Shown here: in pieces, positions 51,499-63,899 of the stretch
Layout of the letters: the number at the start of each line of letters is the position of its first letter
How positions within the stretch are numbered: position 1 is the stretch's first letter
DNA from: an uncultured bacterium
GTDB lineage: Bacteria; JAGRBM01; JAHCIT01
Direction of reading: 5' to 3'
DNA: 64,000 bases
NCBI GenBank assembly: GCA_964621525.1
Contig: CAZUMS010000003.1
Span: forward strand, 37,129-101,128
Translations under genes and position numbers: made by a program
The notes under the pieces: generated by a model
What the model was told of the DNA's origin: nothing
Database searches by the model: none
Seen by the model: only the letters and a program-made list of their open reading frames with translations

Positions 51499-54150
51499 AT
51501 GAACGGGCAGCTGGAAACGCTGACAGTCGAGGAGATGCCGAAGTCGGCCACGAGGATATTCCTCGAAGGCACGGCCATCGCCGCCTTCTTTGCCCTGATG
51601 ACCGTCGTGGTCGGCGTCGTCTCGATGTTCCTGACCGGCGGGATGTACGACCCCGAAGCCCGCCAGTTCTTCGGCGGCTTCATGAGCTCGGACCGCTTCG
51701 GCCCTCTCGGCATTTTCGTATTCATCCTTGTGAACGTCTGGACCTGGTGGTTCTGGCGGATCATGGGCTGCGTCCGGGAGTTCAAAGCGCTTCCGCCGGA
51801 AGAATGGAAAGCGAGTCCCGAGCGCCTGACCGAGCTGTTCCGCCAGATTCACGACATCCCTTACCGGGCGGGGTTTTCCAGTTTCCTCATGTGGCTGGTG
51901 GGCGGGGTGATCGCCATCTGGTTTTTCCGGGACCTGCCGGGATTCATGCGGTGGCTTGTGCCGCTGATCGCCGTAAGTGCGGGGCTCTCGATCAACCTGC
52001 CGCAGATGTACACGCTGAAGTTCCTGGTGCGGCCTGTCGAGAACGAGATCCGCCGCCTGAATCCCGACATCAGCATCGCCGCGCTCGAACGGCGGAACAG
52101 CATCGGGCGCAAGCTCCGGGCGGGACTGATCGGCCTGCTGGCGCTTACACTGGGCGTATCGTTCCTGATCTCTTTCCTGCTCGTGGAACGCTACCGTCTG
52201 ATCGACCGCAAGGACCGGCTGACGAACCAGATGGTTCTCTACCAGGACTGGCTGTCCCGCATGAACATTTCCGATGCAACGCCGGAAGAAATGGACAGGT
52301 GGATGGGTCCCCTGAAGGAGTTCAGGACCAGTTCTCACGGAGGCGCGATTCTCTATGATCTGGATACCAGCCGCTTCCTCGTGAACGTGCCCGGAGCGCC
52401 GGAAACGAAGGAAACCATTGATCTCATGCTGGCATCCGACCAGCAGTTCACCGACGACTACATCAACGGATTCACCTACCGGTCACTGCCCCCGGACCTG
52501 TTCGACCGGTACGGCCTGAGCGGCCGCTACCGACTTGTTCTCGCGGAACATTACGTCCTCGGATCGGGCGGATTCCTGAGAAACTCGCTCCTCGTTTACG
52601 GCATATTCTTCGCCATGGCCCTGCTCATCTCCTACTACCTGAGCCGGGACATCATCGTCCCCCTGCGGGAGCTCCTCCGGTACACGAAGCGCATGGGCCA
52701 GGGCCGCCTGAACCGCCGCCGCCCGTTCGTCGCCGGCGACGAGCTGGGAGAACTTGCCGAAGAGACCGCCCAGACGGCCTCGAATATCGCCGCCATCGTG
52801 ACCGATATCCGCACCGTCGGCGGTTCGGTGAACGATGCAGCCCGTGCCGTCGCGGGCCGCAGCGTCTCGCTCTCTCAGGCAAGCCGTGACCAGCTCCATC
52901 AGGCCGAGAACACGGCCCGTTCCATCGACCTGCTGGCCAGCCGTCTCGAAGGCAGCAAGCAGGAGATCGACCGGCTGGAAGAAGCCGTTTCCGCCAGTTC
53001 GTCGGCAGCCATCGAGATGCATGCGAGCGCCCAGCAGGTGAACCAGACCACCACCCAGCTCGCCGTCGAGACGGAGAATATCAAGAACGCTTCCGGGAAG
53101 ATGGTCGAGGCGACCGAGCATGTGGCGAACCGCCTCGCCGACCTCGAGTCGTACACCGACCAGACGGTTTCGGCTGTCCAGCTCATCGAGGACCGCATCC
53201 GCGCGCTCCGCAAGGACGCAAGCCTGTCGGAACAGCTATCGAGCGACGCGCTGGCCAACAGCCAGGTCGGGCGCGACGCACTCGCCGCTACCGTCCAGTC
53301 CATCGCCTCGGGCCGTCAGCTCGTCATCGAAACAGCCCAGATCATCGTCTCGCTGCGGAACCGGAACCGCGCCATCAACGAGATCATCGAGACCATCCGT
53401 TCCGTGGCAAGCCGTACGACACTGCTCTCTCTGAACGCCTCCATCCTGGCGGCACAGGCCGGAGAACACGGGGCATCGTTCCAGGTGGTGGCCGAAGAGA
53501 TCCGCCAGCTCGCCACCGGTACCAACACCAAGGCCCGTGAGATCGCCGAACTCATCGAGACGATCCAGGTGGAGACCGAAAATGCGGCGCAGGCCATCGA
53601 GCAGGTGACTGTGCAGGCGGACGAGAATGTCTCGCTTGCCGAAGGCACTTCCCGGGTCCTCGATGAAATCACCCGCAAGGCGGAGAGTTCCCTTTCGGTG
53701 GTGGAGCGAACCACCCGCGCCATCGAGGACCAGAGCCGGTCGGCGGGGGAGATTACCGAGATCGTGAAACAGCTCGGCGAACTGGTCCGGGAGTTTTCCC
53801 AGCTCGGTGAATCCCAGCGGACCATGGGCGGCCGCATCGCCGCCGGCATCGAGCAGGTCCGCGAACACGTACTCCGGGTCAGCCGGGCAAGTTCCGAACA
53901 GGTGCGCGCCTCCGGGCAGGTGACGGATGGTGTCGAAACCGTGACCCACACTCTCCAGAACGTCCTCCGCACCCTGAACGAGGAAATCGGTTCCACGGGT
54001 GATATCCGTAAATCTTCCGGCCTGGTCCGTGACACGGCGACAAGCTCGTCCCACCAGAGCGAGGAACTGGTCCGAGTATCCCGTGAGCTGGAACGGTTCG
54101 CCGAGCTGCTCCAGAAGGATGTGGACCGGTTCCGGATCGAAGACTCCTGA
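51499..54150 (+). CDS. methyl-accepting chemotaxis protein
   Basis: 883 aa; N-terminal multi-TM sensor region, HAMP, long MCP signalling domain with conserved tip TLLSLNASILAAQAGEHGASFQVVAEEIRQLA. Confidence 0.9.
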   Translation: MNGQLETLTVEEMPKSATRIFLEGTAIAAFFALMTVVVGVVSMFLTGGMYDPEARQFFGGFMSSDRFGPLGIFVFILVNVWTWWFWRIMGCVREFKALPPEEWKASPERLTELFRQIHDIPYRAGFSSFLMWLVGGVIAIWFFRDLPGFMRWLVPLIAVSAGLSINLPQMYTLKFLVRPVENEIRRLNPDISIAALERRNSIGRKLRAGLIGLLALTLGVSFLISFLLVERYRLIDRKDRLTNQMVLYQDWLSRMNISDATPEEMDRWMGPLKEFRTSSHGGAILYDLDTSRFLVNVPGAPETKETIDLMLASDQQFTDDYINGFTYRSLPPDLFDRYGLSGRYRLVLAEHYVLGSGGFLRNSLLVYGIFFAMALLISYYLSRDIIVPLRELLRYTKRMGQGRLNRRRPFVAGDELGELAEETAQTASNIAAIVTDIRTVGGSVNDAARAVAGRSVSLSQASRDQLHQAENTARSIDLLASRLEGSKQEIDRLEEAVSASSSAAIEMHASAQQVNQTTTQLAVETENIKNASGKMVEATEHVANRLADLESYTDQTVSAVQLIEDRIRALRKDASLSEQLSSDALANSQVGRDALAATVQSIASGRQLVIETAQIIVSLRNRNRAINEIIETIRSVASRTTLLSLNASILAAQAGEHGASFQVVAEEIRQLATGTNTKAREIAELIETIQVETENAAQAIEQVTVQADENVSLAEGTSRVLDEITRKAESSLSVVERTTRAIEDQSRSAGEITEIVKQLGELVREFSQLGESQRTMGGRIAAGIEQVREHVLRVSRASSEQVRASGQVTDGVETVTHTLQNVLRTLNEEIGSTGDIRKSSGLVRDTATSSSHQSEELVRVSRELERFAELLQKDVDRFRIEDS

Positions 54151-54227
54151 CTGGAATATCTCCAAGTTGCTGTAATTAATGAATATTCCTGGATGCCGAG
54201 ACGCGCCGCGGCAGCCAGAACCTGACC

Positions 54228-54266
54228 AAAGTCAATTTGACTTTCGTTTTCAAAATCGGGGATACT
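54228..54266 (+). promoter_or_regulatory. 17-bp palindrome overlapping a predicted -35 (TTGACT) / -10 (GATACT) promoter of feoAB
   Basis: AAAGTCAA-T-TTGACTTT (8-1-8 inverted repeat) 80 nt upstream of the feoA ATG; an AT-rich tgtaattaatgaatatt stretch lies further upstream. Confidence 0.45.
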
Positions 54267-54322
54267 TCTCCTGACCGGGGTGTGGCGTGGACACCGCACT
54301 CCGCGGGTGGTGAAAACGTATC

Positions 54323-54568
54323 ATGGAGTGCTCCCCGGCAAACGGGCTGCTGACCCTGGCCGAACTGGGCCGTAACGAGGCGGGAATCGTCACGGCCGTC
54401 ACCGGCCGGTGCCGGGACTCGTTCCGTCTGATGGAGATCGGTCTCGTGCCGGGCACTCCGGTCCGTGTGCTGAATTCCGGCAAACTGCGACTCCTGGCGG
54501 TTCATGGTGGGCGCTTCGGCATCTCCCGCGATCTCGCCAGATCCGTACAGGTCCGCCGGGCCGCCTGA
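54323..54568 (+). CDS. feoA: ferrous iron transport protein A
   Basis: 81 aa; LTLAELGRNEAGIVTAV...RLMEIGLVPGTPVRVLNSGKLRLLAVHGGRFGISRDLARSVQV, the FeoA SH3-like pattern. Confidence 0.85.
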   Translation: MECSPANGLLTLAELGRNEAGIVTAVTGRCRDSFRLMEIGLVPGTPVRVLNSGKLRLLAVHGGRFGISRDLARSVQVRRAA

Positions 54569-54605
54569 TGCCGGAAAGTCCGGTTCTTTCCCGGCGGGAA
54601 ACCCG

Positions 54606-56855
<2,250 letters not shown>

Positions 56856-56873
56856 AAAAGGATCCCGGAGGAA

Positions 56874-57245
56874 TCAGGCGGCCGATTCGGTGTCGCCGGG
56901 AAGGTCGCTGGCGGCGGCATCCGCCGGAGCGTCTTCCTCGCGCCGCTTCTTCTGGGCGCGGCGTTCGAGCTGGAAGATAACCGGCGTCTTGATCTCCGAA
57001 CGCTCGATCTCGTCTACCACGATTCCACGGAACGTGGCCGGAGTCTCGCCTTCCTTCGTGCTGTTCAGGACCGGCTTGTGGACGATGGCGCGGATGGTGG
57101 TGCGGCGGTGCTTGCCCTTCACGTTAGTAAACACGAGGCGATCCCCGACGGCCAGCGGCTGGTCGGGCATCAGCCCGATCACAAGCACGCCCTTGTCGTC
57201 CAGGGTGTAGGCGTTCAGGCCTTCGAAGAAAATATCGCCGCTCAT
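56874..57245 (-). CDS. hypothetical protein (123 aa) with K/R/E-rich C-terminal tail
   Basis: MSGDIFFEGLNAYTLDDKGVLVIGLMPDQPLAVGDRLVFTNVKGKHRRTTIRAIVHK...; downstream of rsmG in the same orientation. Confidence 0.45.
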   Translation of the reverse strand: MSGDIFFEGLNAYTLDDKGVLVIGLMPDQPLAVGDRLVFTNVKGKHRRTTIRAIVHKPVLNSTKEGETPATFRGIVVDEIERSEIKTPVIFQLERRAQKKRREEDAPADAAASDLPGDTESAA

Positions 57246-57322
57246 GCTGCCGGTCGCTCCAGGGTTCGGAAATCGGTTATTCAATACTGCCCGTCCGCAC
57301 CACGGGCGTCAACGCGCAGGGA

Positions 57323-57997
57323 TCATTTCCGGCGTGCGCAAATCACGCGGACCGCCTGTTCGCGGAAGCGCCGGGGTTCGAGCGGAACCGCCGACTCGAC
57401 GGTCCAGCCGGGCTGGTTCAGGCCGAGTTCAGCCCGTTCCGATTCCTCAAACGACGGTCCGCGAATGAAGACAGCCCTGCCCGAAGGCGACAGGAGTCCG
57501 CCTGCAAGCCCCAGCACGAAGGCCGGAGTGCCGAGCGCCTGCGCCGTGAGCCAGTCATAGCTGCCGGGTTCGCCGAACGCTCCGGCGGCGATGGATGCCG
57601 GATCGACACGCACCTCGGCCGTCCGGTGGTTGGCCAGTGACAGCAGCCGGGCCGCATGTTCCTGGAACGTGACTTTCTTGCGCCGGGCCTCGATGCTCGT
57701 CACCTGAAGGTGCGGCCGGGCCCAGGCCAGAACGAGTCCCGGGAAACCCGCCCCCGAACCGGCATCGGCGAGACGCCCCCGGTCGGGTATCTCTGCCGCA
57801 AGCTCCAGCGCATCCAGACAGAGCGCCTCGACGAGGGCTTCTTCGTCCGGAAGGGCCGTGAGCCGTACGGCGCGGTTCCACTTCAGCACTTCCCGCGCAA
57901 GCTGGAACAGGGGGTACACGTCCGTGCGGGGCGATCCGGCCGCCTTCAGTTTCGCCCGCAGCCGGTTTTCCAGATCCCCGCTCATCGTCTCCGCCAC
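57323..57997 (-). CDS. rsmG: 16S rRNA (guanine527-N7)-methyltransferase
   Basis: 224 aa; SAM motif DAGSGAGFPGLVLAWARP; GidB-like. Confidence 0.85.
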   Translation of the reverse strand: MAETMSGDLENRLRAKLKAAGSPRTDVYPLFQLAREVLKWNRAVRLTALPDEEALVEALCLDALELAAEIPDRGRLADAGSGAGFPGLVLAWARPHLQVTSIEARRKKVTFQEHAARLLSLANHRTAEVRVDPASIAAGAFGEPGSYDWLTAQALGTPAFVLGLAGGLLSPSGRAVFIRGPSFEESERAELGLNQPGWTVESAVPLEPRRFREQAVRVICARRK

Positions 57998-58074
57998 AAT
58001 CCTGAAACGCGAAGGGGCGGCAGGTAAACACCGCCGCCCCCCCCCCGCGTCTGTCCGGCCTCCGAAACGCCGGC

Positions 58075-60126
58075 TCAGCTTCCGGCTTCTTCCTCGTCAC
58101 CCTTGATCAGGGTATCCGGCTCGATCTTGTACTCGATCTTCGTATCAGCCTTGATCTTCTCGAGGAGCTGCATCTGGACCTCGCTCCGCATGGAGCGGGT
58201 CAGGTCGTCGCGGACCTCATTCAGCTGGGACTCCCGCTGGGCAGGATCCGGATCGACCCGGCTCTTCAGGCGGATCACAAACAGCTTCTCGCCCACCTCA
58301 AACGGTCCGGCAACCTGTCCCGGCTTCGTGAGACCGAAGGAAGCCAGCTTGAGCTCGCTCGAACGGCCGATCTTGTTCACGACGTCACTGCCGCTCACGC
58401 CCTCGGCCGAGCCGGAGTCCGCCTTCGCGAACACGCCGGTCTCTCCTGAAGCGGCACCTTTCACGGCCTTCGCCGCCTTGTCGGGAGCCGTACCGGAGGC
58501 AAGGGCCTTCTTCACACCCTCGATTTCGGAGGCCAGCTTCTCGCGGGCAAGCCGCTTCTTCACACGCTCGGCGACCTGCTCTTTCACTTCCTCGAGCGGG
58601 CTCGGCGAGGGCTGGAGAATTTCCTTGAGCTGGTAGACAAGGGTCCGTCCGCCAACCTTGGCCAGCCGGGGCTCGTCACCGGGCTTCAGGGTGCCGAACA
58701 CGATATCCTCGTCTTCCTGCGGCAGGCGGCCCACACCGGCCAGCATCTCGCCGCGCGCGAACGGCGGCGAAACGACGATCTCGGGGGCCGTGCCGGACTC
58801 CGGAATGCCGGTCGCCTTGATCTTTGCGAGATACTGCTGCGACTCCGTGTCGGCCACGGCCTGGGCGCGCTCGTTGGCAAGCTTGCGGCGGATCGCTTCC
58901 TTCTGGTCGTCGAACGGCTTCTTGTCGCCCTTGGCGAACTTCTCCGTCACGGTGACAAACCGGTAGGAACCGAACGACTCGAAAACGGGGGAAATATCCT
59001 TGAGGGCCAGTTTCTTCGCCTGCTCGACCACGTCCTTGTTGAAGTATTTCTCACTGACGAGCCCTAGGTCGCCGCCCTTCTTGAGCAGCTTCTCGCGGCG
59101 ATCGGTGCTGACCTCGTTGGCGACCGCGGCGAAATCCTCACCGGCCTTGACGCGCTTCAGGGCCTCCTCGATGATTTCGCGGGCCTTTTTCTTCTTGTCG
59201 TCGTCGGAGAGCTTCTTGAGCGCTTCGCTCTCGGGATTGCCCAGATCGAACCCGACGACCATTTCGCGCACCCGGAAGTTCTCCTCCTGGAAGGTATATT
59301 CGTCCGGATTCTGGTCATAGTAGGCGCGGATGTCGGCATCGGAGATGTTCTTCACGTTTTCCCGGTCGCGGATTTCTTTGCCGTTCGGATTGAAGTCCGC
59401 ATAGCGCAGCACTCGCCGCTCGGGACGGAAGAACTCCATCTGGTTTTTCTCGTAATAGTCGCGGATCTGGGCATCCGACGGCTTCATCGAGCCCGACAGT
59501 TCCTGGATATCGACGCTCACGAACTCCAGCGCCACCTTGGTGTTGCGGTTCTGCCACTCTTCCTCGACCTGGGCTCGCGACGGGCGGACGCCGTCGTAGA
59601 ACAGGTTCGTGAGCTTCTGGCGGATCAGATCCTCGCGCAGGTCCCCCTCGAACTTCTCGGCCGTCATGCGGCGGCGCTGGAGGAACTGCTGATAGAGATT
59701 CACCCGGAACACGCCGGCTTCGTCGTGGAACGTGGGCGTTTCCTCGACGAGGCGGCGGACTTCCTCGTCACTAACACTGAGACCCAGTTCCTTCGCCTTG
59801 TCGCCCGCCCCATAGCGGAAGATGATCCGGTCGAGGGAGTTGGTTTTCACCTGCGGGCCGAAATAGCCCTTCAGCTGGTCCCACTGGTCGCCGTACTGCT
59901 CCTGATAGCGGTACTCCATCTGCCGGTAGGTCTCCATGAACTCCCGGACCGGGACCTTGTGCTTGTCATTCACGATCGCAAAGGTGTGCTCGGCCTGGGG
60001 GCCGCCCGAAAACCGGTGGAGGTTCGGCACCAGCAGGAAACCTGCAAAGAAGGAAAGTGCGAGCAGCCACAGGAGCGCCTTGGCCCCGATGGTCTTGAAA
60101 CGCTGGCTAGCGGTGACTTTCGCCAT
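58075..60126 (-). CDS. ppiD: periplasmic chaperone PpiD/SurA-like peptidyl-prolyl isomerase
   Basis: 683 aa; N-terminal membrane anchor KALLWLLALSFFAGFLLV; SurA_N-like domain and parvulin-type PPIase region. Confidence 0.7.
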   Translation of the reverse strand: MAKVTASQRFKTIGAKALLWLLALSFFAGFLLVPNLHRFSGGPQAEHTFAIVNDKHKVPVREFMETYRQMEYRYQEQYGDQWDQLKGYFGPQVKTNSLDRIIFRYGAGDKAKELGLSVSDEEVRRLVEETPTFHDEAGVFRVNLYQQFLQRRRMTAEKFEGDLREDLIRQKLTNLFYDGVRPSRAQVEEEWQNRNTKVALEFVSVDIQELSGSMKPSDAQIRDYYEKNQMEFFRPERRVLRYADFNPNGKEIRDRENVKNISDADIRAYYDQNPDEYTFQEENFRVREMVVGFDLGNPESEALKKLSDDDKKKKAREIIEEALKRVKAGEDFAAVANEVSTDRREKLLKKGGDLGLVSEKYFNKDVVEQAKKLALKDISPVFESFGSYRFVTVTEKFAKGDKKPFDDQKEAIRRKLANERAQAVADTESQQYLAKIKATGIPESGTAPEIVVSPPFARGEMLAGVGRLPQEDEDIVFGTLKPGDEPRLAKVGGRTLVYQLKEILQPSPSPLEEVKEQVAERVKKRLAREKLASEIEGVKKALASGTAPDKAAKAVKGAASGETGVFAKADSGSAEGVSGSDVVNKIGRSSELKLASFGLTKPGQVAGPFEVGEKLFVIRLKSRVDPDPAQRESQLNEVRDDLTRSMRSEVQMQLLEKIKADTKIEYKIEPDTLIKGDEEEAGS

Positions 60127-60450
60127 AATCGAATAAATCCCTGCCGGATCACGGCTTTCTGTGATTTTCCTGAGTCAGGAGGCTTACACCTACCCCGAGG
60201 GGAGACCCGATCTCAAGAGGGCTCTCTAGTGCCTTCCCGGAACGGCCTTGTCAAACCCCCTAGGCCACCGGCCCGAAACCGCCAATCCCCCGGCAATACT
60301 GGAGATTTCCGGCTAGGATAGTTACAAAGGCATCGGGGGCGGGGGTCCCGGCGTGTCCTCTTCCGAAGGGCCGCAGGGCTGATAACGGTCTTGCGGATTC
60401 CGGAGCTTTCCGGAATCGACCGGCGCGGAAAGGTTTGGCACCCCGGCGGC

Positions 60451-61374
60451 ATGTATTCCTTCTGGCAGAAACCGCTCTACCGGCTCGTGATTCTCACGGC
60501 CGCGTCGTTTTTCGTGTTTCTGAACAGCATCGCCCGGCAGAATCAGGTGGGCCCCGTACCTCGGCTCGTGCTGAACAGTGTGGCGGCCGTACATCAGGGG
60601 CTTGCGGGTTCGGCTTCATGGATAGCCAGCGTCGCGGGCCGCTATGTCTATCTCGTGGGGATCAAGGACCGGCTCGATCGGGCGGAGCAGGAGCGCGATT
60701 ATCTGCTGGCCGAACGGCACCGGCTGATCGAGCTGGCCCGGGAGAATGCGAGACTGCGCAGTCTCGCCGGTCTCCGGGAGACGCTTGGCGGCGACCTCCT
60801 GCCTGCCCACGTTATCGGCGTCTCGGACGACCCGACCGTCATTACCATCGACCAGGGGTCGTTCAGATCCGTCGTCCCCGGACAGGCTGTGATCTCGTCC
60901 GGCGGTGTCGTCGGCCAGATCTGGTACGCGGGGGAGTTCACCTCAACGGTGCTTCTCCTCTCGGACGCCCGGAGCCGTGTCCCCGCCTACGCCGAGCGTT
61001 CACGGGCCCGGGGCATCATCACCGGCTACGGAAACGATGAGCCCATCCAGGCGGCGCGAGTCCGCCGGACCGACGATGTGAAAACGGGCGACCTGTTCAT
61101 CTCGGCCGGCTCGGGGCTGATCTTCCCCAGGGGACTCCCCGTGGCCCGCGTCGTCTCCGTCGGCGACCCCGGCAACGAGCTCACCCTGCCCATCGTCGTG
61201 GAACCCGCCGTGGACGTGAACCTGCTGGACGAGGTGATGGTGGTCCGGCTGCGGGCCGACACGGGGACGGACCCCGCCGCGAGCGGCGCCGCCGGAACGC
61301 CTGCTCAACCTGAAACTGCCGCGATCCCGGTCCTTCAGTCCAGGGCTGCCGAAACACACGGGAGGAATCCATGA
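60451..61374 (+). CDS. mreC: rod shape-determining protein MreC
   Basis: From MYSFWQKPLYRLVILTAASFFVFL; coiled-coil then beta-rich domains (VIGVSDDPTVITIDQG..., GDLFISAG...GLPVARVVSV); upstream of mreD and mrdA. Confidence 0.85.
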   Translation: MYSFWQKPLYRLVILTAASFFVFLNSIARQNQVGPVPRLVLNSVAAVHQGLAGSASWIASVAGRYVYLVGIKDRLDRAEQERDYLLAERHRLIELARENARLRSLAGLRETLGGDLLPAHVIGVSDDPTVITIDQGSFRSVVPGQAVISSGGVVGQIWYAGEFTSTVLLLSDARSRVPAYAERSRARGIITGYGNDEPIQAARVRRTDDVKTGDLFISAGSGLIFPRGLPVARVVSVGDPGNELTLPIVVEPAVDVNLLDEVMVVRLRADTGTDPAASGAAGTPAQPETAAIPVLQSRAAETHGRNP

Positions 61375-61925
61375 TCGACCCGTCCCAGGATCCGGTCTGG
61401 CGCGGCTTCCTGCTCTATGTCGCCGTGGGCGCCCTGTGCCTCATGCTCCAGCAGACGCTGCTCACGCCGCTTGTCCCCTGGCTTTCTGTCCAGCCGCTCG
61501 TCGCCCTCTGCGTACACGCCGGATTCCGGCGCGGCCCCCGCGAGGCCATCTGGGCCGGGACGGCGCTCGGCATCCTGTGGGACGTGATGGGCTCCGGCCT
61601 GTTCGGGGCCGCCTGGTTCCGGCTGATGGCGGTGCTCGTCGTTGTGCATCTGGCCCGCCGGTTCTTCCGCGATTCGGTGGCGTTCCTTGTCTTCACCACG
61701 TTTATAGCCTCGGCCGCCGAACGCATCATCTACGTTGTCGAAACGGCGGGGTTCGCCGGATGGGAGATCGACACTGGCAGCGTGCTGGCCCGGATCCCCG
61801 TGGCCGGGCTTGCGAACGCCCTGCTGGCGCTCGGCTTCGTCTATTTCTTCGACCGGGTGTTCAGGACCCGGATGTTCCGCCTCGTTCAGACCGGCATCAA
61901 CATGGGCGGCTACGGAAGCAGCTGA
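61371..61925 (+). CDS. mreD: rod shape-determining protein MreD
   Basis: 184 aa polytopic; ATGA overlap with mreC; position in the mreCD-mrdA-rodA cluster. Confidence 0.7.
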   Translation: MIDPSQDPVWRGFLLYVAVGALCLMLQQTLLTPLVPWLSVQPLVALCVHAGFRRGPREAIWAGTALGILWDVMGSGLFGAAWFRLMAVLVVVHLARRFFRDSVAFLVFTTFIASAAERIIYVVETAGFAGWEIDTGSVLARIPVAGLANALLALGFVYFFDRVFRTRMFRLVQTGINMGGYGSS

Positions 61926-61934
61926 ACGGACGTC

Positions 61935-63899
61935 ATGGCGAACTATCTCGACACCGGCGCGATCCAGAAGTGGCTCCAGGGCCGCATCGCGCCGCTCGTG
62001 ATCCTGTTCACCGTGCCGCTTCTCGCCCTGATGATCCGGCTGTTCATCCTCCAGATCGTGCAGCACGAGCACTACGAGGTCCTCTCCCGGGACAACAAGC
62101 TGATCAGCGAACGGCTCGTGGGCTACCGGGGAATCATCTACGACCGCTACGGCACGATCCTCGCCGAGTCCCGCGCCGCCTTCTCGCTCATGCTGATGCC
62201 GGACCAGTTCCGGGTATCCCGTCATGACCGGCGGCGGCAGGATGACATCGACGCCCTGATCGGCCAGATCGCCCTGCTGCTCGAGGACGACCCGGCCAAT
62301 ATCCGGAAGTTCCTGAAATCCTGGAAAGGCCGGGACCAGTTTTTCTACCAGCCCTACCGCCGCGACCTCACCTGGGAACAGATGTCGCGGATCGAGGAAG
62401 CGCACCTGCCTCCGGCCTACGCCATGGTCATCACCGATCCGGTCCGCGACTATCCGTTCGGACGCAACCTCTCGCACGTCCTGGGTTATGTGGGCGAGAT
62501 CAGCGAGAGCGAGCTGCCGAAATTCCGCGAGAAATCCCCCGCCAAGGATTACCGGCAGGGCGACTGGATCGGAAAGGCCGGTATCGAACTCACCATGGAG
62601 CAGGAACTCCGGGGGGAAACCGGCTACCGGGAGCGGATCGCCAACGCCAAGGGCGAAATCCTGGACCCGGAAGACCTCGCCGAGTTCGGTATCCGCGGCG
62701 AGCATATCCCGGCGAAGTCGGGCAACTCGCTGATGCTCACCATCGACGCCGAGCTCCAGCAGTACGCCTGGAACCGGATGGAGCATGTGCTCGAGGGTTC
62801 GCTGGTGGCCCTCGACCCCGCAAGCGGCGAAGTGCTGGCCATGGTGGACAAGCCCGGCTTCGATCCGAACCTGTTTTCCACCGGTATCCGGCCCGAGATC
62901 TACCAGTCGCTGCTCTCCGACAAGCTCAGGCCGCTGTTCTCGCGCACCGTGCAGGGACGCTATCCGCCGGGTTCCACCTACAAGATCGCTGTCCAGGCGG
63001 CCGCCCTCGAGGAAGGCGTGGTCGGGCCGAACACCTCCTACCTCTGCACGGGCAAGAAGAAATTCGGTAACCGCGATTTCGCCTGCTGGAACAAGAAGGG
63101 GCACGGCAACGTCTCGGCCAAACGGGCCATGCAGGGAAGCTGTGACGTCTATTTCTACAGCGCCGGCGCGGCGCTCGGTATCGAGAAACTGGCCTACTGG
63201 TCGGATCATTTCGGCCTCGGAAAGCCCACGGGTATCGAGCTGCCGCATGAAACCGCCGGTGTAAACCCGAGCCCGGAATGGAAAAAGCGCGTCCTCAAGC
63301 AGCCCTGGTACTGGGGCGAGCTGATCAGCTCGTCCATCGGTCAGGGCTACACGCTCATGAGCCCGCTCCAGGTCGCCAAGATGACCTCCGTGATCGCCGC
63401 GGGCGGCAAGGTGTACCGGCCGCATCTCGTCAAAGCCGTCGTCCCCGGCGACGGTTCCCCGGTCCGCGAGATCCCCAAGGACCCGGAAGAAATCCTGAAG
63501 ATGGACAGGAGCGTGATCCAGACAGTGACGGAGGGCCTCCGGGCCGTGGTGAACGAACCCGGCGGCACGGCATTCATGAGCCGGGCGAAGGACATCCTGA
63601 TCGCGGGGAAAACCGGCACCGCGCAGGTGTCGGCCATGGAACTCCAGAAGAAATACAAGGACAAGGGCGAAGAACTGCCCTATGACCTCCAGGACCACGC
63701 CTGGTTCACGGCCTATGCACCGGCGGGAGAAGATGAGACGCCGGAGATCGTCGTGACGACGCTTGTGGAGCACGGCGGCCACGGCTCCAGCGCGGCGGCC
63801 CCGCTCGTCAGGGACGTGATTCTGGAGTGGCAGCGGCTGAAGGAAGCCCGCCGCCTCAAGGCGGAACTGAAGCCGCCCCGGGGGGAGGCCACGCCATGA
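61935..63899 (+). CDS. mrdA: penicillin-binding protein 2 (peptidoglycan D,D-transpeptidase)
   Basis: 654 aa; SxxK (GSTYKIA), SxN-like (SCD), KTGT (AGKTGTAQV). Confidence 0.9.
   Translation: MANYLDTGAIQKWLQGRIAPLVILFTVPLLALMIRLFILQIVQHEHYEVLSRDNKLISERLVGYRGIIYDRYGTILAESRAAFSLMLMPDQFRVSRHDRRRQDDIDALIGQIALLLEDDPANIRKFLKSWKGRDQFFYQPYRRDLTWEQMSRIEEAHLPPAYAMVITDPVRDYPFGRNLSHVLGYVGEISESELPKFREKSPAKDYRQGDWIGKAGIELTMEQELRGETGYRERIANAKGEILDPEDLAEFGIRGEHIPAKSGNSLMLTIDAELQQYAWNRMEHVLEGSLVALDPASGEVLAMVDKPGFDPNLFSTGIRPEIYQSLLSDKLRPLFSRTVQGRYPPGSTYKIAVQAAALEEGVVGPNTSYLCTGKKKFGNRDFACWNKKGHGNVSAKRAMQGSCDVYFYSAGAALGIEKLAYWSDHFGLGKPTGIELPHETAGVNPSPEWKKRVLKQPWYWGELISSSIGQGYTLMSPLQVAKMTSVIAAGGKVYRPHLVKAVVPGDGSPVREIPKDPEEILKMDRSVIQTVTEGLRAVVNEPGGTAFMSRAKDILIAGKTGTAQVSAMELQKKYKDKGEELPYDLQDHAWFTAYAPAGEDETPEIVVTTLVEHGGHGSSAAAPLVRDVILEWQRLKEARRLKAELKPPRGEATP

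Noticed and set aside
60436-60450. Perfect sigma54-like TGGCAC-N5-cGGCA motif upstream of mreC
   Set aside because: The GC element ends only ~2 nt before the most plausible mreC ATG (60451), so the +1 would fall inside the CDS; judged coincidental in GC-rich DNA.
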